DNA of 63,700 nucleotides, filler included, from Choristocarpus tenellus KU-1152 (Eukaryota > Protista > Phaeophyceae): the NCBI GenBank assembly GCA_964200185.2. It is 10 parts of 10 records of this genome, joined end to end, with 100 filler letters (N's around TTAATTAATTAA, not from the genome) between each part and the next. Parts side by side here need not be neighbours in the genome. Positions count along the whole stretch, not along the records: positions 38,987 to 48,789 come from CAXNAD020003380.1; positions 48,890 to 51,829 come from CAXNAD020023500.1; 8 more parts are not named here. The stretch is one strand, 5' to 3'. This document shows, piece after piece, positions 39,060 through 51,688 of the stretch. The notes below the pieces were generated by a model. That model had not been told where the DNA came from, made no database searches, and was given only the letters and a program-made list of their open reading frames with translations. Every line of letters begins with the position of its first letter. Position 1 is the stretch's first letter. The position numbers were made by a program, and so were the translations under genes.

Positions 39060-41030
39060 TCACACTCCCCTGCTGTGATAGTGGGTCTTTATCACCACCT
39101 GGATCAACAGCTGCCGATGCCATCTTTGGGGTGGGTCCCTCCCCCCCAACAATCCCCCCAGGACTATGCCATTCACTTCAACCCCCTCTGGGGAAAGTGT
39201 ACACTCCGCTACAGTCTCCTCCACTGATTTAGTAGCGTCAAACACCGACCCTCCACAATTGACCTCGTCTTCACTCCCCTCTTAGGTGAGATCGAAATTT
39301 CTAGCCCCAGCGTCGGTTAGCTCGATACTTCCACCCTCATCCTGTGCGAAATCGACTCTTCTAGCCCTCTCCTGGGCGAGGTTATTAGATGCCACAACAT
39401 CCTCCTCTGATGTTGCGTTCGTTCCAGTCGAGTCCACAGAACCGTCTTCCTGCTTTATCGAAGGATTATTCTCCGTCCCCCTTGGAATTGGATGCCCATG
39501 ACCCTTGCCGACTGGGCAATCTCGACAAGATGGCCCCCATGTCCCAGTTAATAAAATGTTATGGGTCGAAGCGCCTTTCCTGTCCAACCATGAACATCAC
39601 GAGTGCAACACATTCGCATCCATCGAAGTGGTGGTAGTATTTTTGGTTAAGTGCATTCTTGATTTCCTTGCATCAAATCCGTCCGATTTTATCCTACTCT
39701 GCTCCTTATTACAACAACCCTTTTTTCCCGCCCGATTCTTCTTTCTTAGGATGCTCTGAGATTCCAGACCTCTTTCTTCTTGACGCAGGAAACTTTCTTT
39801 GTGAACATTCAAAACCTCGGTAACCTAGTTCCCTACATACAAAGCAAGTAATACCGCCTTCACTCGCATTCTCCTTCTTGATTTTTCGGGCACTTGGATC
39901 TGAAGTGAGGTCCGCCACATTCCCAACAATCGACTTGCCCACCAGTGCGTCTCGATTGCCTTCCTGCGACCGGTGCGCCAACTTTAACCCCTGCTGATTC
40001 TGCCCCTTGTTTTATGGTCCACAGTCGGTATTTCTTGAGGATTGATCTTTTCCAATTTCAACTGCCCCTCTTCTGACTCGTCATCTACTTCACGTAAGAT
40101 GCCAAGGTACTCATCCCCAAGTGAATCTTGAAGCCAGCCCACTCGATCTTCCTCTGTAATCGAACCTCCCAGACTCTTCAACTCCATCATAAGAGCCTCC
40201 TGCCAGTTAATGATGTCAGCAGGATCTCCTTTAGGTTTCAGCACAATGTCTATCAATTGCCGTTCTACTTGATTTCTCTCGGTTTGTTTGCCTGGAATGA
40301 GCATAGTTCTTGACATGTGCGGCGAACGCCTCACTCGTACGTTGAAACGATGTCCAGAGCAGGTCCAGCTGTCGCCTCTTGAACTCCATTAATTGTGTAC
40401 GTCGTCGCATGGTGAAGATACGGGTCCACACCAGTCGAGGGATACTCCAATGACAATACCCTCAGGTGTTCCTTCGTTACCAGTGGCTCCCTCCATCCCT
40501 GAGAGAGCGTATGTAAGAAACGTTTTGCTTCATTTCTTCTACGTTCCTGGTTCCCCCTTGGATGCAGGTTGTTTTGAGGAGTATTTTTTAAAACTTAGGT
40601 ACAAATACGGGTCTAGCCCCCATTGCCACCATATCTCTAGCCCCAACCCCAACCTCGCCCCCTTGGGCGGCTGATGTCCCACCTTGAATCTCATCCTCCC
40701 AACGGGTCATTGACGGTTCTTCAACTCCGTCATCAATTGAGTTGAGACTTGAATCAAATCTCGATCTGGGCATCATCTTGTTTGTCTTGACTCCTTCCTG
40801 GTGATACCTAAAATCCAAATATATTTACTGTGCGAGCACGCTTATTACAAGGAATACCAAATTACTCAACAGTTATCTAGTACAAGTCAGAAACACTCCG
40901 ACTCAAACATGCCGCCAATTGAATCTGGTCAAATACCCCGCCTTAATATCCTTAATGTCCCGCATCATCCTCTGTACATAAAATAATACTTCGAATTTTA
41001 TTCTCACAAATGGTCAACCATAATGTTGAC
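39060..41030 (-). mobile_element. Degraded Ty1/Copia 5' part (putative 5' LTR ~41030-40812, gag, zinc knuckle, protease)
   Basis: Gag-like LKPKGDPADII...ELKSLGGSITEEDRVGWLQDSLGDEY, knuckle ITCFVCRELGYRGFECSQR and protease-like WLDRKGASTH. There are multiple frameshifts and stops. GGTATCA (PBS-like) lies just upstream of gag at ~40808. LTR limits are tentative. Confidence 0.8.
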
Positions 41031-41589
41031 AGCGTTTATAGTGTCATGTCCCCAGTTTCGGTACCACCTGTTGGGGTCATCCTTGACTCTTATAAGTTAA
41101 GGAGTCACCAGGGGGATAGGCAAGGACGGGTTTGTTGGGTTCTTGGGATCTAGCTCCTCACCCTGGGGTGCAGGAATAGGTAGATTGGAGGTACAGGAAG
41201 GACAGGAAGGCAGTGGTACAACATAATAGATAGCATTGAAATAATAAAGAGATGTTTTTTCTTTCATTTGTCTCATATTTTACTTCTTTAGGGTTTATAC
41301 TCACATGTGAATAGTTTTCATTGGTTTTCCCCCTAACACATCTCCAAAATGTCAGTGGACATAATAATATAATAAATAGGTTGAACCCATGTACCCTATT
41401 TACGGGTGGTAAGTGTTGGCGTATCGCGAATCAGTAGCCTGTGTGTGGTACAAAGTTCAATTTTTTTGTTGGCACTACACATCCTTTGCGAAACGTCTAC
41501 AAATAATATATTTTGTGGTACATTCCCCTCTCTATGAAATGTGATACAAAGGGGGATCCAAGGTATGGGGAACAAAGGTACTGCCCCAC

Positions 41590-42330
41590 TGAAGGGGAGT
41601 ATACCCCCAACTCCCTTCTAACGGCCTTCATGAGGGCTAACAGCAACTCGGCACCTGGCCCTGACGAGATGCGCCCTAGCTCATCAGATCAGCTATCACG
41701 ACAGATGTTGATCATGAAGAAGTGGCGGAGGTGTTTGCGAAGCTTTGGGACCTAGTCTACACCTAGCCGGACTCTTTACCAGAGTTTCGGTGCTCCACAT
41801 AAACTACAGACTGTCCGCAATTGGAGAGAAGTGTCACCAGGTTGCCTGTGACTCTTTCTTCAGAAGGGCATGTGCTTCAGCCTTCTGCGCAGACTGGTAC
41901 TCCTACTTGGGACAACATTTCGGCGGAATGGGAAAATTCGGCGTAGGGGTTCCAAACGGGGAGTGTTTCCTTCTGGACATTCGCCAAAGGAAAAAGTTTG
42001 GCCAATGAGTCATTAGCCTAGATGAAAGAAATGTCTTAACAGTGTACATCGCTCGGCCTTCATCAAGGCTCTCCTTGAGACTTTACCAAGACTCTTGCCC
42101 TACGTAACCAAGGTGTATGGGGACACCCGTAACCTTCTTTTCCCTCTGGATGAGGGAGGGATGAAGATCATACCATCAAGGACCCCCTTGACCTCCTCCT
42201 ATATTGCGTGGCGACCTCCAAAGTCCTACAGCGTAGGTTAGCTCGATACTTCGACAGGTTGCAAGCGCTGACTTGTCCAACAGGGCCTACTCCTCATGAT
42301 GAACTCGTTGGTGACCCCCCCGTCCCTGCC
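41590..42330 (+). pseudogene. Non-LTR retrotransposon RT remnant (CRE/NeSL-like)
   Basis: RANSNSAPGPDEMR ... FFRRACASAF ... GKFGVGVPNG ... VISLDERNV ... YVTKVYG follow the SAPGP / RR / QFGVGxxxG / LDxxNAFN order of CRE-type RTs. Frameshifted. Confidence 0.65.
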
Positions 42331-43067
42331 CCCTCCTCTAATTCACCCTATGGGAGGATATCATTTTGGAGAGTGCACACTTTGTCATTGTTGGAATTAG
42401 TAGTGTATTTTTTCCAATTGTACACATCGTTACTATTCTCAATGTTATTTAGTATGCTCGTACAAATATTTTGTATATGTGTGAAACAAGCAAGACCTAT
42501 TGGTAATACGCAGTACACAGTTTACTACATAGTCAATGCTGTAACAATCCTCACCATCACCCTTCTTCCTGATGGCTAATACAAATTGCCAAATGCTTAC
42601 CATTAGTTTACTTGGCACTAATACTATACACCACCTACTATATATTTTAATGGTATAAGGAGTCAAATCATGTTCGAATTTGGCGGGGTTCCATTCGAAG
42701 GATCCCAAGAAAGGGCAAAAAGCCGCAATTTTGTACAATCGCAGGAAGAACATTTGCTTAATTGTGGGGTCACTTAGGGTATGGAAAGAGAGAGTATCAA
42801 TTTTGCGTAAATAGATAAATAGATAAATAGATAGATGGAATAGAGTTATCGCACAGGGAAGGAGAGATTACTTTGAAATGAAAAAGGGTCCATACCTGTC
42901 TACCTCTCAATTTTTTGGCTCAAACCAGCAATGACCACAACTAAACACGACAGGCAGCGACAATAATGTATAGCAAAACTTCCAGTAGCAACCAGCAACA
43001 AATAACATAAATGGAAGTTGATGCCTTGTCCAAACTCTTCATATTTTGATTTTTCCAAGTAATCATT

Positions 43068-43246
43068 GGCTCAAAGTATCTGGGGGGGGGGGGTGGCGGC
43101 TGTCTATTTGGGGTCAATTTTTTCATGTCACGATTTTTGGGTGATTTGGTTGCATACATGAGATGGATAATGTAAATGCACTGTTCCTGATTTTGGTCCA
43201 AATGGACACCCTAGTGTAGACCCCTTCCCCCCAGATATTTTGGGTC
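43068..43246 (-). mobile_element. MITE family A copy
   Basis: GGCTCAAAGTATCTGGG ... CCCAGATATTTTGGGTC. Flanks ATT/ATC (imperfect). Confidence 0.85.
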
Positions 43247-43599
43247 ATCCTTGGTCTTCTTGGTAATGTTGCCATCATTTTGACTACTTCCACTACTACT
43301 GATACTTATAATTATGCCATTTTATTAGTATAGACAGTAAGTGACAAGGTTGGACCATGTGGGGAAGGGGCGGCGGAGGTAATACACCACACATTTTCGC
43401 ACAGTGGCAATTCTGATAGAGGAGGGCACCCTTCTCCAACGTCCTCGAAAATTTTAAAGAAGGGATGAACACGTACGTAAAACCAGGCCAGATTGAGCCT
43501 TGATTGGCTAGGCTTCTCGCTGTTCAGAAATTCGAGTACAAACACAAAATGCCAATTCTTTTCACTTACAAAATTTAATGCCCTAAAATATTCAATCTT

Positions 43600-44180
43600 A
43601 GAAATTCTTGCTCTGGGTCACAAATATTGCTCATCATGACCACCATTTCAACGAGAAACAAACACCAATGATACAACACACCCAGAATAACAGCGTAACA
43701 CTCACATATCACAAGTTGATGCATTTTTGCTATGCACAACAAAGCATTTTGGGGGCAGTACATGCTATGCAGCAAATGACCCCACTCGTTTGCTGGACTT
43801 AGGATGTTCCACAGGAAATGTATGATGGACGCTAAATAACAAATGTTTAAATGTGTCAACCAAGGCAGCACAGATAAGATAACCCAGCGTTTGCTGGACA
43901 ACATACGTTTGTTACAGAGGAAATGGAGCCAAAGTTTGTTGACAATGGACATTGTGATGGAGTTTTGTGGACATACATATTTTCCCTTCCATGTTGTAGC
44001 TTCTTTCTCCTGCCATATATATATTCTCTTATTGCAACTGAGATTGGGTATCACAGTATCACATCCATATATTCCAAAATATATATCATGCTTGCCCTGT
44101 ATGGTAGCTCCCTCCTCAGACAGTGCACGTTCACACAGCAGTATGAGATAGATCAAAAGAAACTAAAGAGGCAGAGCAAT
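43600..44180 (+). pseudogene. Possible hAT transposase C-terminal remnant
   Basis: DIVMEFCGHTYFPFHVVASF..IYSLIATEIG is weakly reminiscent of the hAT dimerisation motif (DxLxWW...FP.L..LA...SSA..ER). Very degraded. Confidence 0.25.
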
Positions 44181-44392
44181 GTTACAAGTAAGTGTATGAT
44201 AGTGTGCATAGCCCTCTGAGAGCTATATTTTTCTATGGAAGCAAAGTGCATGTATGCGACACAGACAACAATGCAAATGAATTAGCACCAAGGTAACTAC
44301 TATGTCACTATTCTTGCTTGTGTGAATCACTGCTTTGAGTCATTTTGCTGTGCCTTCCCGGAACCCTTAGTTGCCACGAACATGTGACTCAC

Positions 44393-47300
44393 TCCGGCTG
44401 AGAGCTGTTCCTGCAGGACAAGGGTCGCTTGAGTCCTCTTGTGGTGCGACAACTTCCCCTGAGCTGTTCATATTCAACATTAAGTGAATAGAACTGCTTG
44501 GTCCATAAAGCTTCTCAAGATGATACATACTTCTACCGGATAATACACACTTGACAGGTATCTTGATATGTGATCCAATACGCAAAACACAACAAAAACC
44601 TTGAACTATGAGGCGGCAGTATGCAACGGCCTACACACACGAATATTCAAAATTATTCTACCATTCTACCCAGCATGACTAAAACCTTGCCAATGCCGAG
44701 GAAGGGGGGGGCACACACACATAAAACAAAAAAAAAAAAAACCGATAGACCTCTTTGCTAGCACTATCTCAATGTGATACATTTCAAAACTACCAATCAA
44801 TGTGAACATCCAAGATAGTGGCAACAGGCACAGCATGAAAATATAGAACTGGAGGAGAATACATTAGCAGCTACATTCACAGATTGCTCTGTACCTCCTT
44901 CTTGTCTACTTTGCATGACTAGCTACAACTAGAAGTACTCTATCCTATTTACCTTTTCCTTTGAAAATAACCACCTACCCTGCCCCAAACACTGCACCGC
45001 TTGGTGTACTGCTAAGATTAACCTTTGCCCCACTCCAAAGGACGCATTGATTGATCCCAGCCCTTGCAACAAACATAAATAATTGCCAGATTTCATACCT
45101 CCTCACAGCCATCTCACTCACTTAAGCTTGCCAGGTACTTGGGGTCTGTGCTAACCCAGTAGGACCTTTTGGATGCACAAACCCCTCCCCAAACCCATAG
45201 GCAACCTCTGTACAATGAATAAAAACGTCCTTATAAATCTTGCCCCCATATGCACATACCTCACATATTGCTTCAACACTCTTATCCCAACAAAACAGAC
45301 TCCAATTCCCTTCTACAAACAGGAGGGTCTCAGGGTTAGGGGTTCCTAGTGACCTGCCTGAGAAGTTGCTTTTGTTGCCAATCAAAATTAAGTACACTTG
45401 GCTCTGCCTGGTGAAAGCTAGAGGCACATTACTTTATATGGCTTGAAACAATGCCTGCAAGGATAAGAACGCCTTTCTCACAATGTCACCGGTAAATCAC
45501 CTGGTAGGATAGGAGGATATTCAAATGGTATTAATTAAAAAAATATTCACAAACAGGGGGGAAAGGTGAACTCCTAAGTGCAGTGCTGTATCAATAGCAT
45601 TTTTCTTAAACAGTCAAGAGCTGCAGGGAAATGAAGGGTGGGCGATGTATAGATAATGCTTGTACTGTGGCTAGTATCCACAGAGGAGTCTTGCGCATCT
45701 ATGGGCATACAGGGTGACCAAGTCAGCGCAGGAAATAATGATAACCTCCATCATTGACAGTTTAGGCACAGAAAACCTGGCACTTGGGATACAACTTAGG
45801 ATCAGTAAGGCCGGAGAAAGGAGGATAAGCTACCCATATAGGATGAGAAGGGCACAGGCTAATGCCCCCTTGTTCTTACCGTGTAAGGTGGTAGCCCTCC
45901 AGACAGTGTTCCCCCTGTGGGTTGTGTGGGCATAGAACCAACAGAGAACCCCACACCTGTGCCTGCTGCAGTAGGAGCTCCTGGAAGGACTTGAGGTGCC
46001 ATAAGGCCCCCCCGGAGACCACCAGGCGATGGGTTGGGGTAGACTCCGTATCTAGGGGGGTAGTATGCATGGTCTGGGAGATTTGGGTGGTGGCTTTGGT
46101 GGTTGTAGATGTTAGCAGCAGTGTGAGGTGGTTCAATATGCTGGGGTTCGTTGGTGCTTGGATCGCTCCTCCTGCTCCCACTGCTGTTGGGGCCATAGAA
46201 GGCAGAGCTCTCCGTATTGGCAAGTTCACGAACTGTGGAGTTGTGATAGTTTTCCCATACCAAGTGTGTCTGGCCTGGTGGCAGAGAGTGTTGGCGAGGA
46301 TGTTGACGTTTCTGTCCTATATGATCTTGGGAGGGCATTGTCGCCCGATCATCTGTTCTTATTCTGTTGGCAATGCTGGTACTGCTGCTTCTGCTTCTGT
46401 CACTTGGCCTGGGGCTGATATCTGAGCTACCCTTGGTGTCAACTTTGCCAAGACAAGCACCACCACCATCTGTTTCCCCATGTGTGCCACTTGTAGATCC
46501 ACACGACATATGGTTGGAGTTGCTGCCACCAACACGACCTTCATCGGCATTTCCACCTGTTCTGGAAATTGTACCCTTTGTCTTACCCTGCCCATGCCCT
46601 TGATCTTTTTGGTTGTCTGTTGTGTCCCGACTGGCAATACCACCATCACCATTCCTCTTGTCTTTCTTGCATGGTGTTGTGCCCCCTCCTCCCTGGCATG
46701 ACTGAGGTGACTGAGGTGAGTTTGCCTCTGTCCCTTGCCCTTCCCTCTTAACTATACTACCTTTGCCGACATTGTTGGCAGTGCCTTCAATTTCATTCTT
46801 ACCCCCTTCTTGCAAAGAGCAGTCTGTACCCCTGGCCCCCTCTTCCTCCACCTCCTCCTGCCCCTCCCCCCCACCTTTTGAGCTAGACTTGCTGGGAGTC
46901 TTGGAGGGAGTTGTCGATTCATCACCTAAAGGAGTTGTGGAAATGGGTCTAGATGCCTCAGAAAGGACCTTAGTTTGTGCCTGCCAATGCTGCCTCATAT
47001 TGGTCTCATCAAGCCCACCTTTTATCATAAAATTAGTGATGCCAGGTGCTCTGGCCAAGAATGAGCGTGGATAAAATGGTTGGCCTTGCATGATTTCGTG
47101 TTGCTGTTGAGGCTGCAAATTTTGTTGCCCTAAGCCTAACCTCCGGAAGACATCACTGGGGTGTGTCATCTGAGGTGCCCTGAATCATAGGGAGCACAAA
47201 TTAGGGTCGAGGTTAGGAAGGAGATAAAATGTTTAGACCTCCAAAGAACGGTGTCCTGCAGATAGAATTGGCAGTGTCACAAGACCACCAAAACATGTTA

Positions 47301-47572
47301 GACAGTTGTCGCTGGCCTCCACTACAGTACTGGTAGATACTGGAACAGGCTCCATAATATCCTTGGTGGGCACTCGACAGCCTCTCTAGTTCCGAAAGTT
47401 ATGTCGCCAAACTGGATGTGCACACAGAGGGTAGTGATTCTGTGCCATACCATGACCAATAAGTACAGAGCATCAAAATCACGCCATTGGACAATGCAAG
47501 GTACATCCTAAGATGTCACAACTATCTATATAAAGTAGTTTTACATCATGATTGCACTTGGTACATATGCAG

Positions 47573-47603
<31 letters not shown>

Positions 47604-47971
47604 TACAACTCAGTCTCAATGTCAACCTCCCCCTAACCCTTCATAACTGAAGTAACTGAACTGAAGTATCCACTTGTTGATGTGGTCCTAAAGAGACCGC
47701 AGACTCAAACCAACCTAGAAATATCAAAAAAATCAACAGTTGCATATAACTGAACATTGGGGGCAGTTGAGGTAGGAAATTTGGGAGGGGAGGTATAATA
47801 AAAATTAGAATTATTCAATAAAAAACACCACCAGTGAAGTGCCTATTGCAATGCTGCCGAAGACTCTCACATACATATTGCTCTAGCTCACACTTACATG
47901 GGCATCCCAGGAGGCGGGGCAGGGTGTAGGGTGCTCCCTGGACGCATTTGGAGGTTGTGATTGGCCATCAT
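44393..47971 (-). CDS. Unidentified multi-exon gene, low-complexity Q/P/G/S-rich protein; exons 47971-47898, 47179-45880, further small exons likely near 45407, 45163 and 44458
   Basis: A 436-aa open frame is flanked by AG and GT sites. The upstream exon (MMANHNLQMRPGSTLHPAPPPGMP) joins it in phase 2. No catalytic domain recognised. The downstream exons are tentative. Confidence 0.6.
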
Positions 47972-49264
47972 CTGTATGAAAACAGAAAGGGTTTGAGAGA
48001 GGACAACCAATAGGAATGGCAACAGAAAGGGGTTCCTATTGCAAACAAAAAATATCAAATGTGATAATAATAAAATAGAACACACACACAACTGTAACTA
48101 TAGGCAGCATGGTTTAGTACAATATGACTGCTGGTGAGGACATAGAATACGTAAATATATATATATTACGTGTAGTACTACAAACACAACAAAAATACAA
48201 TCCGAGCCATGACTCTATGAGAACAAACAAGATGGTGACATGCACGAAAAGCAACATGTACACCAATAAGATGGTTCAGTTGTGACACTCATCCAATGAG
48301 ATCATGCCACTGTTCCATGACTTCAGCTAGCCCTTACCTTGAAACACTCCAAGCAATGCCAAGGTTGACAATGCATAAGAGAGACTTGAGGGTGTGCAAT
48401 AATTCTACAGGGAACATATCGCACTTGCTCCATGCGGCGTATGAGCTATCTAATTGGTGTAATATTGCTCTTTCACACCAAAAGATCTATTGCATAAAAA
48501 ATAAAATAAGGTGGGGGTACTACTGCCCACCAGTGAGGTTTAAAATTGGGAAAAGCAACAAAGGCATACTATTGGCCGAATGTAACATACAAGCCATATG
48601 ATTGGTGCAGATGCTTTTCCATTCAAGCAGACTCTCTGCACAGAGTAAATAAAAAGGGCGAATCAGAAAACTATAATACACACATTTTGTTAGGGCTGAG
48701 AATAGGGCTTAGGGTTAGGGTTAGGGTTAAAAATAGCAACAACAAAAACATTATTGGGGGCATGCACTGCCTGATTTACCCCCCCCCCCNNNNNNNNNNN
48801 NNNNNNNNNNNNNNNNNNNNNNNNNNNNNNNNNTTAATTAATTAANNNNNNNNNNNNNNNNNNNNNNNNNNNNNNNNNNNNNNNNNNNNCCATCAAAATA
48901 GACCCCCAAGATGACAGGAGATGAAACCGCAGGGTGCAGAAGGGGGGTATGCATGAGTGACAGGTAGACTGGTGCCATGGTGGAGGGATACAATGAAAAT
49001 ACTACTATGCAGTGTAGCAGACAGACAAAAGCCAAATATACTAACAAAACTACTACTATGAAAGCAGGTATGGGAAGGGTACATTGAAGTGCATTGCGAG
49101 TGATGAAATATTCACGACATCAAGCATCGGGAAGGATAGAGTTTTCCATTTGACACAGAGCCGTATGAGTAACAGGAGCTACAGGTATTTGTCATGCCAC
49201 CAAGCACCCGTAAGGGAGTAGCCAAAAAAAAACACGGTTTTGTCCCCCTCTGAACTCAACCATC

Positions 49265-49291
49265 CCTAACCCTAACCCTAACCCTAACCCT
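49265..49291. repeat. Short interstitial telomere-like (CCCTAA)4; (TTAGGG)3 also at 48709-48728
   Basis: Directly visible. Confidence 0.8.
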
Positions 49292-50174
49292 GGTACATCT
49301 GCAAAACAAATGATGTACTAAAAATAAAAACACTCTTACCATCAGCACGGCTGTTGACATTACATATATCATGCTAAAAAAAAAGAGGTGTATATACACA
49401 TATAATATACCTGGCGGTGCTCAAGACGTATGCCCCAAGAACAAGGAGCTGTAGTCAAAAGCCATCAACATACCCCATGAAACCCCCCCACACAGCAGAG
49501 CACGCAATGCCACAGGACGTTGCTACATCACTACAGACGCCACAACAACTATTGGACTGCTACATGCGCAGCATAGCTCAATGGCAGCAGCCGTGTCCAC
49601 TATCTCCACCTTCACCACACTCTTCTGTCACTCTACCTCCCTCTCCCCCATTCATAAAATCCAAACACATGGTCATTAACAGCGACCGGTACGCTTGGGG
49701 TGGAGGTTATTCATAGGAGGCCAATGGGTGAGGTTCTCTATCAGTGACAAGATAGTGTCAATGGGTGTGGAACAGGATAGCTCTTCGGTGACAAGATAGT
49801 GTCAAGGTTTTGTTCAAGAAGAGGGGGGGTTATGATGCTATCATCTTCTCGACTGTAACACATCGCATCCCCCCAGCCTCCTATGAATAACCCCAACCTT
49901 AATCGCAGTCCCATAGTCACAGGACCCCAACCCTGTCCAAGATATCAATCAGCCCTGTACCTCCTTTTCCTAGCAACAGCAGATCGTCTCCCCCTTCCAT
50001 GGTCGGCAAAGCCTCTGAATTACTCCGGCAAAAAAAGTGTCTATGTATTCAAGTGCGTGTGTGCATTCAGGTAAAGGTGGTGGAGTATAACTGAGACCAA
50101 AATCACTCTCAACAACCTGGTTTTTCATATCAAATCGTATCATATCTACAATGCACCCCTTCCACCACACTCAC

Positions 50175-51688
50175 CTCTCCTTCTCGCTATCAATATCTCC
50201 CCGAAGGAGCACCCGGATCCTCGCAATCTCGTCCCGCCTTCCCATGGTGGCCATGCCATCAAACACACCCAGGGCACCCTGAAGGCTCTCTACGTGTTTA
50301 CCCGCAAACGCCTGAGGGGGTAGGAACCCCACCGCGGAGGGACCCAGTACATGATCCATTTCCGACTGAAAACGTCATAGAAATGCAAAAGTAAAATCAA
50401 AGTTACATCTCAAGAGGCCAAGTCTGGAGATACATCCACAACTTCCAATGGGGTACAAAACGAACAAATCTTGCAAGGGAATCAAGCACACCTAACCTAA
50501 ACTTGTACAAGTGCACCAAGGATGTGATAGCTTCCTCTCCTCCCCTCTCCTCCCCCCTGACCTCTCCCCACTCCTCCTTGCCTCAACTTCCCCTCTTTTC
50601 CCTATACACATGTCATTAGTCAGTACTATCCCATCATCTGCCCCACTACTCTTCCTCTCCCTCCCACCATGAACTTGGCGTACCTTATAATTGTTGTACC
50701 TTATACTTGGTATACCTTGTACTTGGTACACCTTATACTCAGTATACCTTATATTTGGTGTACCTTATACTTGATACACCTTATGCTTATTATACCTTAC
50801 AATTGGTGTACCTCATACTTGGTACAACTTACACTTGGTATACCTTCTACTTAGTATACCTTACAATTGGTGTACCTTATAATTGGTGTACCTTACAGTC
50901 AGTATACCTTGTACTTGGTGAGGCCCACATGCCTTGCATTGCCATTGTGGGCGATTGCAGTGGCCTCCAGCAAGGTCGTGGCGGCAGGAAATTTAGCTCC
51001 ATCTTGGAAGAGCTTTACGTATGACGCTACATAGTTACGAAGCTCTGGGGCAGTCAGGAAGCGCCCACGAATTCGTTTGGGCTCCAGCTAGAGGTCAGGC
51101 AGCAGATGCAATTGAGGACAAGGTTTCCCAGATTGAGTTTCCATGGGAGGCAAGGTAAAGAGAGCATTGAGGGATTAGTAGCCGGCAAAAAATGGATGGG
51201 GGGGGGGGAAGGGGGGGGATCTTTGGCTTGCGTGTTAAGGCAAACACAATATCAAATGCACTTTAGCATGTGAAGCAGGGAATAGTGTCAGCAAACAGGA
51301 TCCAAGAAGATTGCAGAGGCAACGCAGGGGGTGCAACTCTGTAGAAGATCTGCCACATTGCGGTAGCATCACTCTAAGGCCCTGTAGCCTAAAAAAGACA
51401 CACCTACCTACATATCTTCCTACCAGTTGGACAGGGAGGGCAGTTGGTAGAGGTGGGGGGAATGAATGGGGGAATCAAGCAAGAATCTACGTTTAACAGT
51501 AATGAATCTAACCGCTATTGTCAAGAAATTCTCACAAGGTCTCCAAAGATATGTCGGACATATGCATTGAGGAGGCGTTTAAAGTTGCCCTCGATCTTGA
51601 AAATATCCCCATCGTAGGTCTTCTTCACCACATGGAAACCTGGGTGAGTGAGGGCAAAGCACGCAATCTTCTCAAAGCATGATGTAAT
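50175..51688 (-). CDS. ATL: Atlastin (GB1/RHD3 GTPase), internal exons 51688-51536, 51087-50908, 50365-50175
   Basis: ITSCFEKIACFALTHPGFHV...YDGDIFKIE - LEPKRIRGRFLTAPELRNYVASYVKLFQDGAKFPAATTLLEATAIAHN - ...ALGVFDGMATMG parallels atlastin SCFxxISCFLLPHPG...KEING...PKSMLQATAEANN...KKMG. GT-AG junctions are in phase. Confidence 0.9.
50670..50919. repeat. 16-bp minisatellite (minus strand ACCAAGTATAAGGTAT)~15 starting at the atlastin exon/intron junction
   Basis: The first unit ACCAAGTACAAG|GTAT spans the donor at 50908/50907. Confidence 0.9.

Noticed and set aside
48709-49291. Telomere or chromosome end
   Set aside because: Only 3-4 units are present, internal to contigs, so these are interstitial microsatellites.
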